This document shows, in pieces, positions 1 to 10,554 of a DNA stretch of 64,000 nt. The notes under the pieces were generated by a model that saw only the letters and a program-made list of their open reading frames with translations, searched no databases and had not been told where the DNA came from. Within the stretch, counting starts at the first letter, position 1. Each line of letters starts with the position of its first letter. The stretch is from an uncultured Candidatus Saccharibacteria bacterium (lineage in GTDB: Bacteria; Patescibacteriota; UBA1384; XYA2-FULL-43-10; 1-14-0-10-43-13): contig CAZVMH010000005.1 of NCBI GenBank assembly GCA_964628585.1, forward strand, positions 2,491 through 66,490, given 5' to 3'. Made by a program: the position numbers and the translations under genes.

Positions 1-169
1 ATTTAATTTGTGATTGCGAAGTGGCGTTTGCGACAAAATCACTGGGGGCTGCTGGTGCTACGGCATGAGCGACTAATATTTTTGTAAGAATTAACGAAAC
101 AAAAATAACCAAACCAATAATTTTACCAACAAACCAATACTTATTTTTGTATTTAATAAATTTTTTCAT
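1..169 (-). CDS. 5' part of a probable fourth FN3-domain secreted paralog (runs off window)
   Basis: Manual translation MKKFIKYKNKYWFVGKIIGLVIFVSLILTKILVAHAVAPAAPSDFVANATSQSQIK: signal peptide then an FN3 start like APSAPSGLTATAVSPSQINL of 6543..9950. Confidence 0.8.
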   Translation of the reverse strand, partial: MKKFIKYKNKYWFVGKIIGLVIFVSLILTKILVAHAVAPAAPSDFVANATSQSQIK

Positions 170-227
170 TTATATAACTTTTAATTATGTAATTGAACCA
201 CTCTTTTTCTTATTATATCAATAAATA

Positions 228-3032
228 TCAGTCAACCTCAACTTTAAAGGTGACTTCGCGGGTGTCGTTGGGGTTTACCTGGCCGAGGTTCCAGGTGATT
301 TTACCGTTACTGTATTGTCCCTCGCCGGTGGCGGAATTGGTAACATATGTCGTCCCGTCAGGAATTTCATTGGATAAGATATTATTGCTTCCCGTGAAGG
401 TGTAAGGTGTGGGGTTGGTGATCTTTAAAGTATAGGTGATCTCCTGGCCGTGATTGGCGCTTGTACAACCTTCTGTCCCCCCACAACTTGATGTCTGCTC
501 GACTTTTAGATAGTCGTAGTAGAGGTCGGCAACTGCTAATAATGGATCAAGACCCGAAAAGTATATACTATCATCTAAAATGGCAATTCCTTTTTCACTC
601 TGATCTGATGAAGGTAAATAACCAATTTCAGTTGACTGAGAAGGATTGGTGACATCAATAATTTGTATACCGTTATAGTCTGCTGATGAACTAAAATTAT
701 TAACATATGCTTTATTTTGAACAATTGTGATATTTCTGCAAGAGCTAACTTTTGGGACAATAGTTTTAATTAATTGGGGATTGTTAGGCACATTAATATC
801 AACAACAAGTGTACCGTTAGCATCAGCTGTTAAAAAAGCAAATGTACCTTGAATCGCAACATCTCTTATATAATTATTAACACTAGGGGTGATGACATTG
901 GGATATAAATAAGGAGCAGATAGATTAGCAACATTAGCAACTCGCATATTTTCAGTGTTAGCGATATAAGCATAGATACCACTTACAGCTACTGCTGACG
1001 GGCTTCCGTTAGTGTTTAAAGTCGATTTTTTAATTGGATTTTGGGGATTATTTATATCGTAAATTAGTAAACCTTCACTTGTATTAGCGATAAATAATAA
1101 ATTATTTTTTACTGTGACACCACGTGGATAGTGAGAAGCATCTATTGTCGACAACAGAGACGGATTAAGAGGATTTCTAATATCAATTATTTTTATTGAT
1201 GAATAGGTGGAAGAAGATGAAGGTGGTGTATCGGCTAACACAATATAATCATTACCATAAAACGTGGAATCAAGAACCTTATTAGTATTTATTGCACCTA
1301 CTTGATAAGATTGTTTTTGGTTAATTATTTTATAAATATATAATTTTGATTGATAAGCGCTGTAGGTAGCAACATATAAATATTCACCTTTAATATTAAT
1401 TGAGCTAATATAATCTGTACTAGATATAAGAGACGTTACTATTGGGGCAAGTGGATTATTTACATCCGTTAATACTAAACCGCCGTACATTTCAGCAATA
1501 CCGAGAATATTATGGCAACTAATATCGATACTGTTATAATACGTATGACCGTGATGATTCTGAAAATTTTTGTATTTTGGGTAAAAAGGGTCCGATATAT
1601 CGTAAACAGCAAATCCATTATAATCATAACTATAAGCAAAACTGCCAATATATAAATAATTATTTAATATTTTAATACTCATGTTTACTTCACCCTCAGT
1701 TAAGTCATGGGTGTAAAATTTAATATCATCTGGATTATTAATTTCAAATATATACATATTTTCATTAGTTATTACATAAGCATAATTATTTTGGATCGCA
1801 ACATCAATGACAGAACCTTCAGTTTCGATTGTTTTAATAATAATAGGTAATTTTACATCGCTTATATTTAGTAACAAAATCCCAGTTCCGTCTGCGATTA
1901 CTGCTTTACCGTTATTAACTACTATTGACCTAGAAACTCCTGGGGTATCAAATATGCTAATTACTACAGGCATAATAGGATATGTTATATCATAAGTTAT
2001 TAAGCCAGCATCATAGCACGCTATAAATAATTTATTGTCTGATATATATAAACCGTAACTATAATCTGGGGTTTCCATAACCTTTACAATTTCGGGTTTA
2101 AATTTATCTGTGATATTTATTATAGATATATTTTTACCATTGCTAACGTAAACATAATTTTTATCATCCTCGATGATATCATATGCTTTATCTTCAAGCT
2201 TTACAGAACTTATTATGAGTGGATTATTGGGATTATGAACATCAGCAATTTGCATATTTTTATCAGATCCAATGTATAGATAATTACCATCTTTTGAGAA
2301 TTTGGGTACATATACGTTTTCGCCAACCATTGGCAACTCTCTCACTATTTTTGGGTTGACGCCGGTATACTTGTAGGTCGGGGTGGCGGAGGCGGTGTTG
2401 GTGTATTCGGTAAATGTTGTGTCGTTGAGTTTGCCTCTAACCTTGTAGTAGTAGGTGGTGTCGGCGACAAGGTCGGTGGTATCCGTGTAGGTGACGGTGT
2501 TGGCCGGCAGTGTGGCAAGAACGCTGAAGTGTTGGTCGTCGCCCTGGCTTTTCTCAACAATGTAGTTGGTCTCAATACCGGTGTGGTCTTGCCAGGCAAG
2601 ATTGATTTTAAGCGAGTCGGTCGCGGCTGTGGCGGTCAGGTTGGTGGGCGGATTGATGGGGATGGTGGCAGAGACGGTTGGGGTTGGTGGCGAAGGATTA
2701 TACGACGAATCGCGAGCTACGAGGTTAAAGTAGCGAGTATCGCCTTCGGTCAGTGGATTAGGCAAGGTATAGTTTGTCGTATCAGCTGGTCGAGTGGTCA
2801 GGTAATATAAGTTTGCGGCAGTTGTCCCCCATCTTATTTGATAATCTGTCTCACCGGCAACATCATCCCAGGTCAGTTTGATCTTGTTTGTCTCAACGAT
2901 AGTGGCTTTAAAATTTGTTGGTGTTGCCGGAACAGCCAAAACTGGCATTGCTCCCAAACTGAAAGTATACGCCAAAAAGATAATCGTTAAGACAACATTA
3001 GTAATACGTTTTAGTTTTGCATGCTTTAGCAT
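228..3032 (-). CDS. Secreted protein: 2 FN3 domains, LVIVD-repeat beta-propeller, C-terminal DUF11-like domain
   Basis: Signal peptide; FN3 motifs (LTW...YYYKVRG); repeats such as GLLIYDINNPQNP; ITYTLKITN...IPDGTTYV...ITWNLGQV tail. Confidence 0.85.
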   Translation of the reverse strand: MLKHAKLKRITNVVLTIIFLAYTFSLGAMPVLAVPATPTNFKATIVETNKIKLTWDDVAGETDYQIRWGTTAANLYYLTTRPADTTNYTLPNPLTEGDTRYFNLVARDSSYNPSPPTPTVSATIPINPPTNLTATAATDSLKINLAWQDHTGIETNYIVEKSQGDDQHFSVLATLPANTVTYTDTTDLVADTTYYYKVRGKLNDTTFTEYTNTASATPTYKYTGVNPKIVRELPMVGENVYVPKFSKDGNYLYIGSDKNMQIADVHNPNNPLIISSVKLEDKAYDIIEDDKNYVYVSNGKNISIINITDKFKPEIVKVMETPDYSYGLYISDNKLFIACYDAGLITYDITYPIMPVVISIFDTPGVSRSIVVNNGKAVIADGTGILLLNISDVKLPIIIKTIETEGSVIDVAIQNNYAYVITNENMYIFEINNPDDIKFYTHDLTEGEVNMSIKILNNYLYIGSFAYSYDYNGFAVYDISDPFYPKYKNFQNHHGHTYYNSIDISCHNILGIAEMYGGLVLTDVNNPLAPIVTSLISSTDYISSINIKGEYLYVATYSAYQSKLYIYKIINQKQSYQVGAINTNKVLDSTFYGNDYIVLADTPPSSSSTYSSIKIIDIRNPLNPSLLSTIDASHYPRGVTVKNNLLFIANTSEGLLIYDINNPQNPIKKSTLNTNGSPSAVAVSGIYAYIANTENMRVANVANLSAPYLYPNVITPSVNNYIRDVAIQGTFAFLTADANGTLVVDINVPNNPQLIKTIVPKVSSCRNITIVQNKAYVNNFSSSADYNGIQIIDVTNPSQSTEIGYLPSSDQSEKGIAILDDSIYFSGLDPLLAVADLYYDYLKVEQTSSCGGTEGCTSANHGQEITYTLKITNPTPYTFTGSNNILSNEIPDGTTYVTNSATGEGQYSNGKITWNLGQVNPNDTREVTFKVEVD

Positions 3033-3052
3033 AAATTTCCTTGTATACTTTT

Positions 3053-6000
3053 TTAATCTACCTTGACCTTGAAAGTGACTTCGCGTGTGTCGTTGGGGTT
3101 TACTTGACCGAGGTTCCAGGTGACTTTGCCATTACCAAATGTTCCCCCACCGGTGGCTGAATTGGCAACATATGTTGTGTTGGCGGGAATGGGGTTAGAT
3201 AAAATATTATTGTTGCCAGTAAATGTATACGGCGTCGGGTTGGTGATCTTTAAGGTATAGGTAATCTCTTGGTTATGCGTAGCGCTTGTGCACCCCTCTG
3301 TCCCCCCACAACTTGATGTCTGCTCGACTTTCATATAGTCGTAGTAGAGGTCGGCAACCATAGTTAATTCTGCGTCATTTGCCAAATAGACGTAACGTCC
3401 GTCAACTGAGAGAGCTTGAGTACGCCTTCCCCCGTCTGATAAAAAAGCCAGATCAGTAAGTATTGACGGCGTCGAAATATCAAAAAACTTAAAACCGTTC
3501 TCAGCGCTTAAGTAGCTAAAGCACGATGCGAACAACTTGTTTCCGGAGACAGTTATAGATGTGGCAGAGCTTGATATAGGTAACGATCCTGTACCGCCTT
3601 TTACGGGGCTCTGCGGTACTGTGACATTGATAATTTGAATAGTATTGACAATGCCGACATAGGCATAGCTATCTTTGGCGTCAACACTCACTAGTGTACC
3701 GGTTAATGTCAGCGTACCAATAAAACTAGCGCTAAGAGGATTGGCAATACTTAAAACCTTAAAAGTATCTTCACCGACAGTATAGGCGTAAGTACCTGAT
3801 ATGGCAATGTCACGAATCAACTTTTGCGAGCCCAATGTTTTTACGACCTTTGCTTGAGTAATATCAATAATAAGTAGGTTATTTATATCGCCGAGAGTGC
3901 GACCACCTATATACGCATAATTGCCGGCTGTCGCAACAGCTTGCAAATATTTATAATCACCAAAGGTCATGGTATTTATTAAATTTGGACTGGCCGGATT
4001 ACGAATGTCAATGATGGCTAATTTGTTGTTTTCGCAAATAACCAAGGCGTGGTGATTATTATCAAGGGCTATTTTTAACGGTTCACTAATATTGAAACTT
4101 TTAACATGAAGTGGCTTTTCGGGAGTTCCGCGCTGTTTAATATCATAGATGTATATTTTGTCCTGGACACCGGACTCGGGTATAACATAGAGATAATTGC
4201 CGTCTGTGACGTTATCTTTTGCTGTCATTGATTGTGGCATGACTGATAATATTGTTGAACTTTCTGGTGTAGCAACATCGACAATTGAAATGCCTCCGTA
4301 CGATTCAGCTAAAATAGCGATATTTTCCTTAACATCAATACCGCCATAATACGGTTGACCAGTAATTTGTACAAATTTTATTTCTTGAGGTACGGGCGAG
4401 GATATGTTAAATATTTGCAAGCCGTTAGACGTACTTAAGCCGGATCTGGTATTAACATAAGCAAAATTATTTTGAATTTTAACACCATTAATAGCACCGT
4501 ATAAAATTGGTCTACCGTTACCTAAGTACTGTGGTTGACTCGGGTCTTGAATATTTAGGGCAACAAGGCCGACATCACTACCAACACACAGATAGGCATT
4601 GCCGTTAGGGGCAATATCGATATCGAGAATCGGATTTCCGGCGTCGTAGATACCAAAAGAAGGTATTTGACCATTTCTGGCTGCTAATTCAAAATTAGCC
4701 GGTGTCGTTGTTAGTACTTGTTTATTTGAGTTGTTTCCTATTAAAACAATATTGTCATTGGCGGCAATAGTAGTAATAGCACCATTAATATTAATAGTAC
4801 CGATAGTTGTAGCAAGATACGGGTTTGTAATATCAACTAGAGCGGCGCCGCTGGTGTAAACGGCAAGATAGACATGATTGTTGTTGATTGCTATATCTTG
4901 TAAATAATTTGGAAAATCGATTGTTTTAATAACACGCGGTTTGAGGGGGTCAAAGACATTAACGATTTTTAAGGAATGATCGTCAATAACATATAAATAA
5001 CCGTTGTTGTCTAATTCTAAATCGGAAGGGCCAGCCATTTCCAAACTAGATAATATCAAAGGTTGATTTGGGACGCTAATATCAACGATACGTAGACTTT
5101 TAATATTACCATCAGTAACATACGCATATTGTTTATCTTGAGATATTATTACTTTGCTAGCATCGCCTATTGTCGGTGTCTTGCCAATCCACCCCGGGTT
5201 AATGCCGGTGTATTTGTAGGTTGGGGTGACAAAGACGGTGTTGGTGTATTCGGTAAATGTTGTATCGTTGAGTTTGCCTCTGACCTTGTAATAGTAGGTG
5301 GTGTCGGCAACAAGGTCGGTGGTATCTTCAAAGATTACGGTGTTGGCCGGCAGTGTGGCAAGAACGGTAAAGTTGCTCTCATCATTAGGGCTTCGTTCTA
5401 AGATGTAGTTGGTCTCAATAGTGGTGTGGTCTTGCCAGGCAAGGTTGATTTTAAGCGAGTCGGTAGCCGGTGTGGCGGTCAGGTTGGTGGGCGGATTGAT
5501 GGGGATGGTGGCAGAGACGGTTTCGGTGGGGGCCGAGCAACCGTAAACGTCGTGGCAGGCCTTTAGAGAAAAGTATCTGGTGTCGCCTTCGTTTAATGTA
5601 TAAGTGTAGATATAGCTGGTGGTGTTGGCGGAAGGATAAAAGAGATAGACAAGATTGTTTGGTGTTGTGCCGTAGTCCAGGCGATATTTGCTTTCACCAG
5701 CCACATCATCCCAGGTCAGTTTAATCTTGTTTGTCTCATAGACGGAGGCCGTAAAGTTGGCAGGCGTTGGCGGTGGCGGCGGGGTAGCCAAAGTTGTTGC
5801 CGTAACTTGTTGGTCGGCGCAGATTTCTTTACCGGCGTAGTAGTTAAAAGCGCATAAACGATAGGTGTAGGTTGTTGAGGGCAATAAGGAGGTATTGTCT
5901 GAATATGACCCTGGCGAGGCATCTGCTGATTGATTGTAGTCGCCGCTGCCACCGGTGCGGTAGAGCTTAATTTGGCTGTAATTGCCGCTATTGGTATTGG

Positions 6001-6481
6001 CCTGATTAGACCAGGTGAGGTTGATTCTGTCATAGGCAACGCCTTGGGCTGACAGGTTGTAGGGCGGGCCGTCTAAAGTGGTGGTAAATGCATAGGACGA
6101 AGAAGTTGACTCACCGTATATATTGTAGGGTAAGACCTTGTAATAGTAGGCGGTATAGCCCTTAAGGCCTGTGTCTTGGTAACTGGTTGCATCAACACCG
6201 GCTTCGCCAACCTGCTCCCAGGGACCGCCGTCCGACAAAGATCGTTTAATGTGGAAGCCCTGTTCGTCGGTAGCAGGACATGTCCACGTAAGATTTATTT
6301 GACTGTATGATATGGCTTTGGCGTTTAGACTGTAAACCTGTGTTGGCACACCGGCTCTGACAATTAAAATACCCAAAAACAAGACCGCCAAAGCCACACC
6401 GACACCGATTAAAACGCCGGTGAGAGTAAATTTACGCTTGGGTTTGGTTGGGGTTTGAGGTGATGATTGTTGCGTGTTCAT
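3053..6481 (-). CDS. Secreted/anchored protein: 4 FN3 domains, LVIVD repeats, DUF11-like domain
   Basis: Same architecture as neighbours; GGAGG RBS upstream. Confidence 0.85.
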   Translation of the reverse strand: MNTQQSSPQTPTKPKRKFTLTGVLIGVGVALAVLFLGILIVRAGVPTQVYSLNAKAISYSQINLTWTCPATDEQGFHIKRSLSDGGPWEQVGEAGVDATSYQDTGLKGYTAYYYKVLPYNIYGESTSSSYAFTTTLDGPPYNLSAQGVAYDRINLTWSNQANTNSGNYSQIKLYRTGGSGDYNQSADASPGSYSDNTSLLPSTTYTYRLCAFNYYAGKEICADQQVTATTLATPPPPPTPANFTASVYETNKIKLTWDDVAGESKYRLDYGTTPNNLVYLFYPSANTTSYIYTYTLNEGDTRYFSLKACHDVYGCSAPTETVSATIPINPPTNLTATPATDSLKINLAWQDHTTIETNYILERSPNDESNFTVLATLPANTVIFEDTTDLVADTTYYYKVRGKLNDTTFTEYTNTVFVTPTYKYTGINPGWIGKTPTIGDASKVIISQDKQYAYVTDGNIKSLRIVDISVPNQPLILSSLEMAGPSDLELDNNGYLYVIDDHSLKIVNVFDPLKPRVIKTIDFPNYLQDIAINNNHVYLAVYTSGAALVDITNPYLATTIGTININGAITTIAANDNIVLIGNNSNKQVLTTTPANFELAARNGQIPSFGIYDAGNPILDIDIAPNGNAYLCVGSDVGLVALNIQDPSQPQYLGNGRPILYGAINGVKIQNNFAYVNTRSGLSTSNGLQIFNISSPVPQEIKFVQITGQPYYGGIDVKENIAILAESYGGISIVDVATPESSTILSVMPQSMTAKDNVTDGNYLYVIPESGVQDKIYIYDIKQRGTPEKPLHVKSFNISEPLKIALDNNHHALVICENNKLAIIDIRNPASPNLINTMTFGDYKYLQAVATAGNYAYIGGRTLGDINNLLIIDITQAKVVKTLGSQKLIRDIAISGTYAYTVGEDTFKVLSIANPLSASFIGTLTLTGTLVSVDAKDSYAYVGIVNTIQIINVTVPQSPVKGGTGSLPISSSATSITVSGNKLFASCFSYLSAENGFKFFDISTPSILTDLAFLSDGGRRTQALSVDGRYVYLANDAELTMVADLYYDYMKVEQTSSCGGTEGCTSATHNQEITYTLKITNPTPYTFTGNNNILSNPIPANTTYVANSATGGGTFGNGKVTWNLGQVNPNDTREVTFKVKVD

Positions 6482-6542
6482 TTTGCCCTCCTGATATTAC
6501 CCAACTACCACCTCCGGGGTGGAAGTTTGTCGGTTAAATTAG

Positions 6543-9500
6543 TTAATTGACCGTTACCTTAAAGCTCACTTCCCTTTCCTCGTTGGGGTTTACTTGACCG
6601 AGGTTCCAGGTGATTTTACCGCTACCGTATTGTCCCCCGCCGGTGACAGAACCCTGAACATATGTTGTTCCGTCAGGAATTTCATTGCTTAAAATATTAT
6701 TGTTGCCAGTAAATGTATACGGTGTGGGGTTGGTAATCTTTAAAGTATAGGTAATCTCTTGGCCGTGATTGGCGCTTGTGCACCCCTCTGTCCCCCCACA
6801 ACTTGATGTCTGCTCGACTTTTAAATAGTCGTAGTAGAGGTCGGCAACCTCGACAAGGTACTTTTCGTCTGTGATATATGCATAACGTCCGTTGGCGGTT
6901 GCTGCCATGGCATGGAAAGATGATTGTAAAAAAGCTTTTTCAGTAGCCATCGTTGGATTAGAAATATCGATTATTTGTAAACCATTATTGAAAAAATTCC
7001 AACTATAGTTGGCAATATAAACTAAGTTATTTTGTAAAAATACACTATAAGCCATATCGCGTGGTATGACTTCTCTAACAATAGAGGCATTAAATGGGTT
7101 GGTAGTTAAATTAACAATAAGCGTGCCTTGATTGAAAGCGGCAACATAGGCATAATTATTTGCCCCTACAGCAACATCGTGTGTTGTCTGTGTTGTCGCG
7201 ATGGTTTTAATCCACGTTAACGCATTAGCGTTGCTAACATTTAAGAGAGTTATACCAGCCGTGCCATCGGCGATAACGGCCGTTGTGCCGTTTAAAGCTA
7301 CGCCAAATACTTGTCCTGGCGTGTTGTATGACCCCAGTTTTTTAAGTGATAAAACATTATTCATATCAACAATGACTAATCCCGCTTCATAACAGGCGGC
7401 ATATATTTTATTGTCTTTAATAGAAACATCAAGTACATAATCGGGCATCTCGATACCGGAAATAATTGTCGGTATTCGTGGGTTACTGACGTCAACGAGA
7501 CGAATATATTTATCGTCGCTAACTACAACATAATTGCCGGTTATTTCTAACGCAATTGGTGAAGTAAGTTTTAATGCTCCCACCTGTTCCGGATATTTTG
7601 GGTCGCTAATATCGTAAATGTATAAATAATCTTGTATGCCAGAGTTGCTAAAAGTGTATAAATGATTACCACTAGTGACAATTTTTCCTGATGGTATATT
7701 AATCGTTGGTATATAAGCAATGGCCCAAGTATTTGTAAGATCGTTAGTGTCAAATATCGCCAAGCCATATAAATTGCCACTGGCGACGCTGACAATACCA
7801 CCAAAACTAGACACACCGCCATAATTATTACCAGCGTTAAGCATAAAAGCGATTTCTTTTAAGCTATTGTCAGGGTTGCGCTGGGTAACATCAAATATCT
7901 GAAGACCGTTATGGGTGTTAGCACGACTCAAATTAGCCACGTATATACGGTTACCGGAAGTAGAAACCCCGATTGCATAATCTCTTTGTAAAGAGGTCGA
8001 AATAAGGATGGGAATAGATGGCGTTGAAAAGTCAATTTCCAATAAACCAGCATATCCGGCGGGAATATAAGCACGACCGTTTTCGGCAATTGTCACATTT
8101 CTCACAATAGAAGCTGTATCTGTAATCGGTATTGATGATAAGTGTTGCGCAGATTTTAGATCAATAATTGCCACACCCTCTGTGCCATCGGCGACAACGG
8201 CCGTATCACCTAATACGGCCACCGATGATGCCTGACCCGGGGTGTCAATAGTTGTATCGAGCAAACGGGGTATAGACCGATTACTGACATCAACAATTCT
8301 AAGACCGACAGAATAGTTAGCAATGTATATTTTCTCGTCAAGATAGAACAATCCATTAACATAGTCCGTCAGCTCAAGCTCTGAAACAGCAATCGGTCGT
8401 TTTGGGTCATTAATGTTGGCAATTTTTAATTTTTTATTTTCACCATAATAAATGTAGCCCTTTTCATCAACTTTAATATCAAAAATTTCTTTACCTGTAT
8501 CGACATTTATTCTGCTCGTCAACAACGGATTCGTTGGATCAGAAATATCAACAATTTGAAGACCAGTAGACGATCCAACATATGTGTAATGACCGTCATT
8601 AGACATAGCTGTATATTTGGTGCTTCCCATTGACGGAGTTTTACCGATCCATCCCGGGTTGACGCCTGTGTATTTGTAGGTTGGGGTGGCAAAGACGGTG
8701 TTGGTGTAATCGGTGAAGGTGGTGTCGTTGAGTTTGCCTCTGACCTTGTAGTAGTAGGTGGTGTCGGCAACAAGGTCGGTGGTATCCGTGTAGGTTACAG
8801 TGTTAGCGGGCAGTGTGGCAAGAATGGTGAAGTGTTGGTCGTCGCCCGGGCTTTTCTCAACAATGTAGTTGGTTTCAATAGTGGTGTGGTCTTGCCAGGC
8901 AAGATTGATTTTAAGCGAGTCGGTCGCGGCTGTGGCGGTCAGGTTGGTGGGCGGAAAGGTATTTGTTGTTGCTTGGGCAATTGTTGGCGAATCGGAACAA
9001 CCATCAGCATTACAGGCCTTGATGTTAAAGTAGTAGGTCTTGTTTTCTGTAAGATTATTTGTTGTATAGGTGGTAGCATTAGCCGGTAGAGCCGGTAGTA
9101 AGTTTAGAGTGTTGGGGTCTTCGCCTTGACGCAGTTCAAAGCGGGTTTCGTTGTCGGAATTGTCTTGCCAGGTTAGTTTGATCTTTGTTACTTCTTGTAT
9201 ATTAGCTTCAAGGTTGGTGGGCATAGCCGGTGGTGGATCTGGTGGTGGCGGAGAAAAAGTTGTTGCCGAGGCCGTCTCGGTTGAGCAGGTCTCGCCGTAC
9301 GAGTTTGTGGCGCAAATGCTAAAAGTATAAGTAGTATTGGGCAAAAGATTCGTTTCAGTATATGACGTTCTCGGAGAAGGTATCCATGTTTTAATATCCG
9401 AATAAGGGCCACCGCTTCTGTTAATAATGAACCAGTCCACAACAGGGGCATTGTTAGTCCAAGAAACATTAATCTCGGTCTGGGAAACAGCTGTGGCTGT

Positions 9501-9950
9501 AAGATTACTGGGGGCAGCAGGAGGGCCACTAAGAGTTGTGGCGTAAGCCAGATTAGAATAGAAGGAATAGACCATATCAGCATTGAAAGCTCTGACACGA
9601 TAGAAATACCTAGTGTAATTTGCTAAGCCAGTGTCTTGAAAAGCTGTTGTATTAGCGGGTTGGGTAAATGTTGTCCAGGGGCCGTAGCTAGATGTTCCCC
9701 TTGCAACCTCAAAACCGGCTTCATCATTAGCATTATCAGTCCAAGTGAGATTAATTTGGCTGGGAGAAACGGCTGTAGCCGTCAGACCAGATGGAGCAGA
9801 GGGCGCTTGGGCCCTGACAATTAAGATACCAATAAACAAGACCGCCAAAGCCACACCGACACCGATTAAAACGCCGGTGAGAGTAAACCTGCGTTTGGGT
9901 TTAGGCGGGGTTTGGGGTTTGCTGGCAGTATTATTTAGAGCACTAGCCAC
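6543..9950 (-). CDS. Secreted/anchored protein: 4 FN3 domains, LVIVD repeats, DUF11-like domain
   Basis: Same architecture; literal GLVIVDMNN repeat; GTG start after AGGAGG. Confidence 0.85.
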   Translation of the reverse strand: MASALNNTASKPQTPPKPKRRFTLTGVLIGVGVALAVLFIGILIVRAQAPSAPSGLTATAVSPSQINLTWTDNANDEAGFEVARGTSSYGPWTTFTQPANTTAFQDTGLANYTRYFYRVRAFNADMVYSFYSNLAYATTLSGPPAAPSNLTATAVSQTEINVSWTNNAPVVDWFIINRSGGPYSDIKTWIPSPRTSYTETNLLPNTTYTFSICATNSYGETCSTETASATTFSPPPPDPPPAMPTNLEANIQEVTKIKLTWQDNSDNETRFELRQGEDPNTLNLLPALPANATTYTTNNLTENKTYYFNIKACNADGCSDSPTIAQATTNTFPPTNLTATAATDSLKINLAWQDHTTIETNYIVEKSPGDDQHFTILATLPANTVTYTDTTDLVADTTYYYKVRGKLNDTTFTDYTNTVFATPTYKYTGVNPGWIGKTPSMGSTKYTAMSNDGHYTYVGSSTGLQIVDISDPTNPLLTSRINVDTGKEIFDIKVDEKGYIYYGENKKLKIANINDPKRPIAVSELELTDYVNGLFYLDEKIYIANYSVGLRIVDVSNRSIPRLLDTTIDTPGQASSVAVLGDTAVVADGTEGVAIIDLKSAQHLSSIPITDTASIVRNVTIAENGRAYIPAGYAGLLEIDFSTPSIPILISTSLQRDYAIGVSTSGNRIYVANLSRANTHNGLQIFDVTQRNPDNSLKEIAFMLNAGNNYGGVSSFGGIVSVASGNLYGLAIFDTNDLTNTWAIAYIPTINIPSGKIVTSGNHLYTFSNSGIQDYLYIYDISDPKYPEQVGALKLTSPIALEITGNYVVVSDDKYIRLVDVSNPRIPTIISGIEMPDYVLDVSIKDNKIYAACYEAGLVIVDMNNVLSLKKLGSYNTPGQVFGVALNGTTAVIADGTAGITLLNVSNANALTWIKTIATTQTTHDVAVGANNYAYVAAFNQGTLIVNLTTNPFNASIVREVIPRDMAYSVFLQNNLVYIANYSWNFFNNGLQIIDISNPTMATEKAFLQSSFHAMAATANGRYAYITDEKYLVEVADLYYDYLKVEQTSSCGGTEGCTSANHGQEITYTLKITNPTPYTFTGNNNILSNEIPDGTTYVQGSVTGGGQYGSGKITWNLGQVNPNEEREVSFKVTVN

Positions 9951-10260
9951 ATATCCTCCTTATTTATATAATAAGCCAATAAATATTAATAAATATGTTA
10001 ATATTTTCCTTAATTTAATTATAAACTAAATTCAATTTTATTAAAAATATAAATTTTTTAATCTAACCATGATTTATTAAAAAATAAAATCACACAATAG
10101 ATGCCGATAAACAAAAAAGTTTTAGGATGACCCATTAATAAAATCATTCACTTTATAAATGTCTTTTTTGTATAATGGTGATATAATAGTACAAATGAAG
10201 GTAGTATGAGCGAAAAATTATTGTTAATAGTCTTAATTTGTAAATTATTAAGGAGATTAA

Positions 10261-10479
10261 ATGTTCCCAAAAAATCCAAAGGAGGTCTCTTTTTATGGCG
10301 TAGGCGTTGTTATTATTTTGATCGGAGCTGTAATTTTTGCTTATGGAGGAGTAACTTGGCTTTTTAACGTCTTCCGAGATACCAACTTCTCTATGCCATC
10401 TGGAAAAATAATTGGTGGTTTGGTTGTAATAGCTCTTGGCTATATTCAGATCGAGCTAGAACTAATGCGACGAGGATAA
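10261..10479 (+). CDS. Small two-TM membrane protein
   Basis: AAGGAG RBS, two hydrophobic segments. Confidence 0.75.
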   Translation: MFPKNPKEVSFYGVGVVIILIGAVIFAYGGVTWLFNVFRDTNFSMPSGKIIGGLVVIALGYIQIELELMRRG

Positions 10480-10499
10480 TATCTTAAATCAGTCTCGAT

Positions 10500-10534
10500 A
10501 AAAAAATCGTCGCCCCCTAGTGGGGCGACGGCGA
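10500..10534 (-). terminator. Intrinsic terminator
   Basis: CGTCGCCCC/GGGGCGACG stem with A7 on + (U tract on -) between convergent genes. Confidence 0.7.
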
Positions 10535-10554
10535 TTGTCGAGTTGGGCCAACGA

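Noticed and set aside
228-9950. Diversity-generating retroelement acting on the repeated C-terminal blocks
   Set aside because: No reverse transcriptase or non-coding template repeat in the window, and the differences between copies do not appear adenine-restricted
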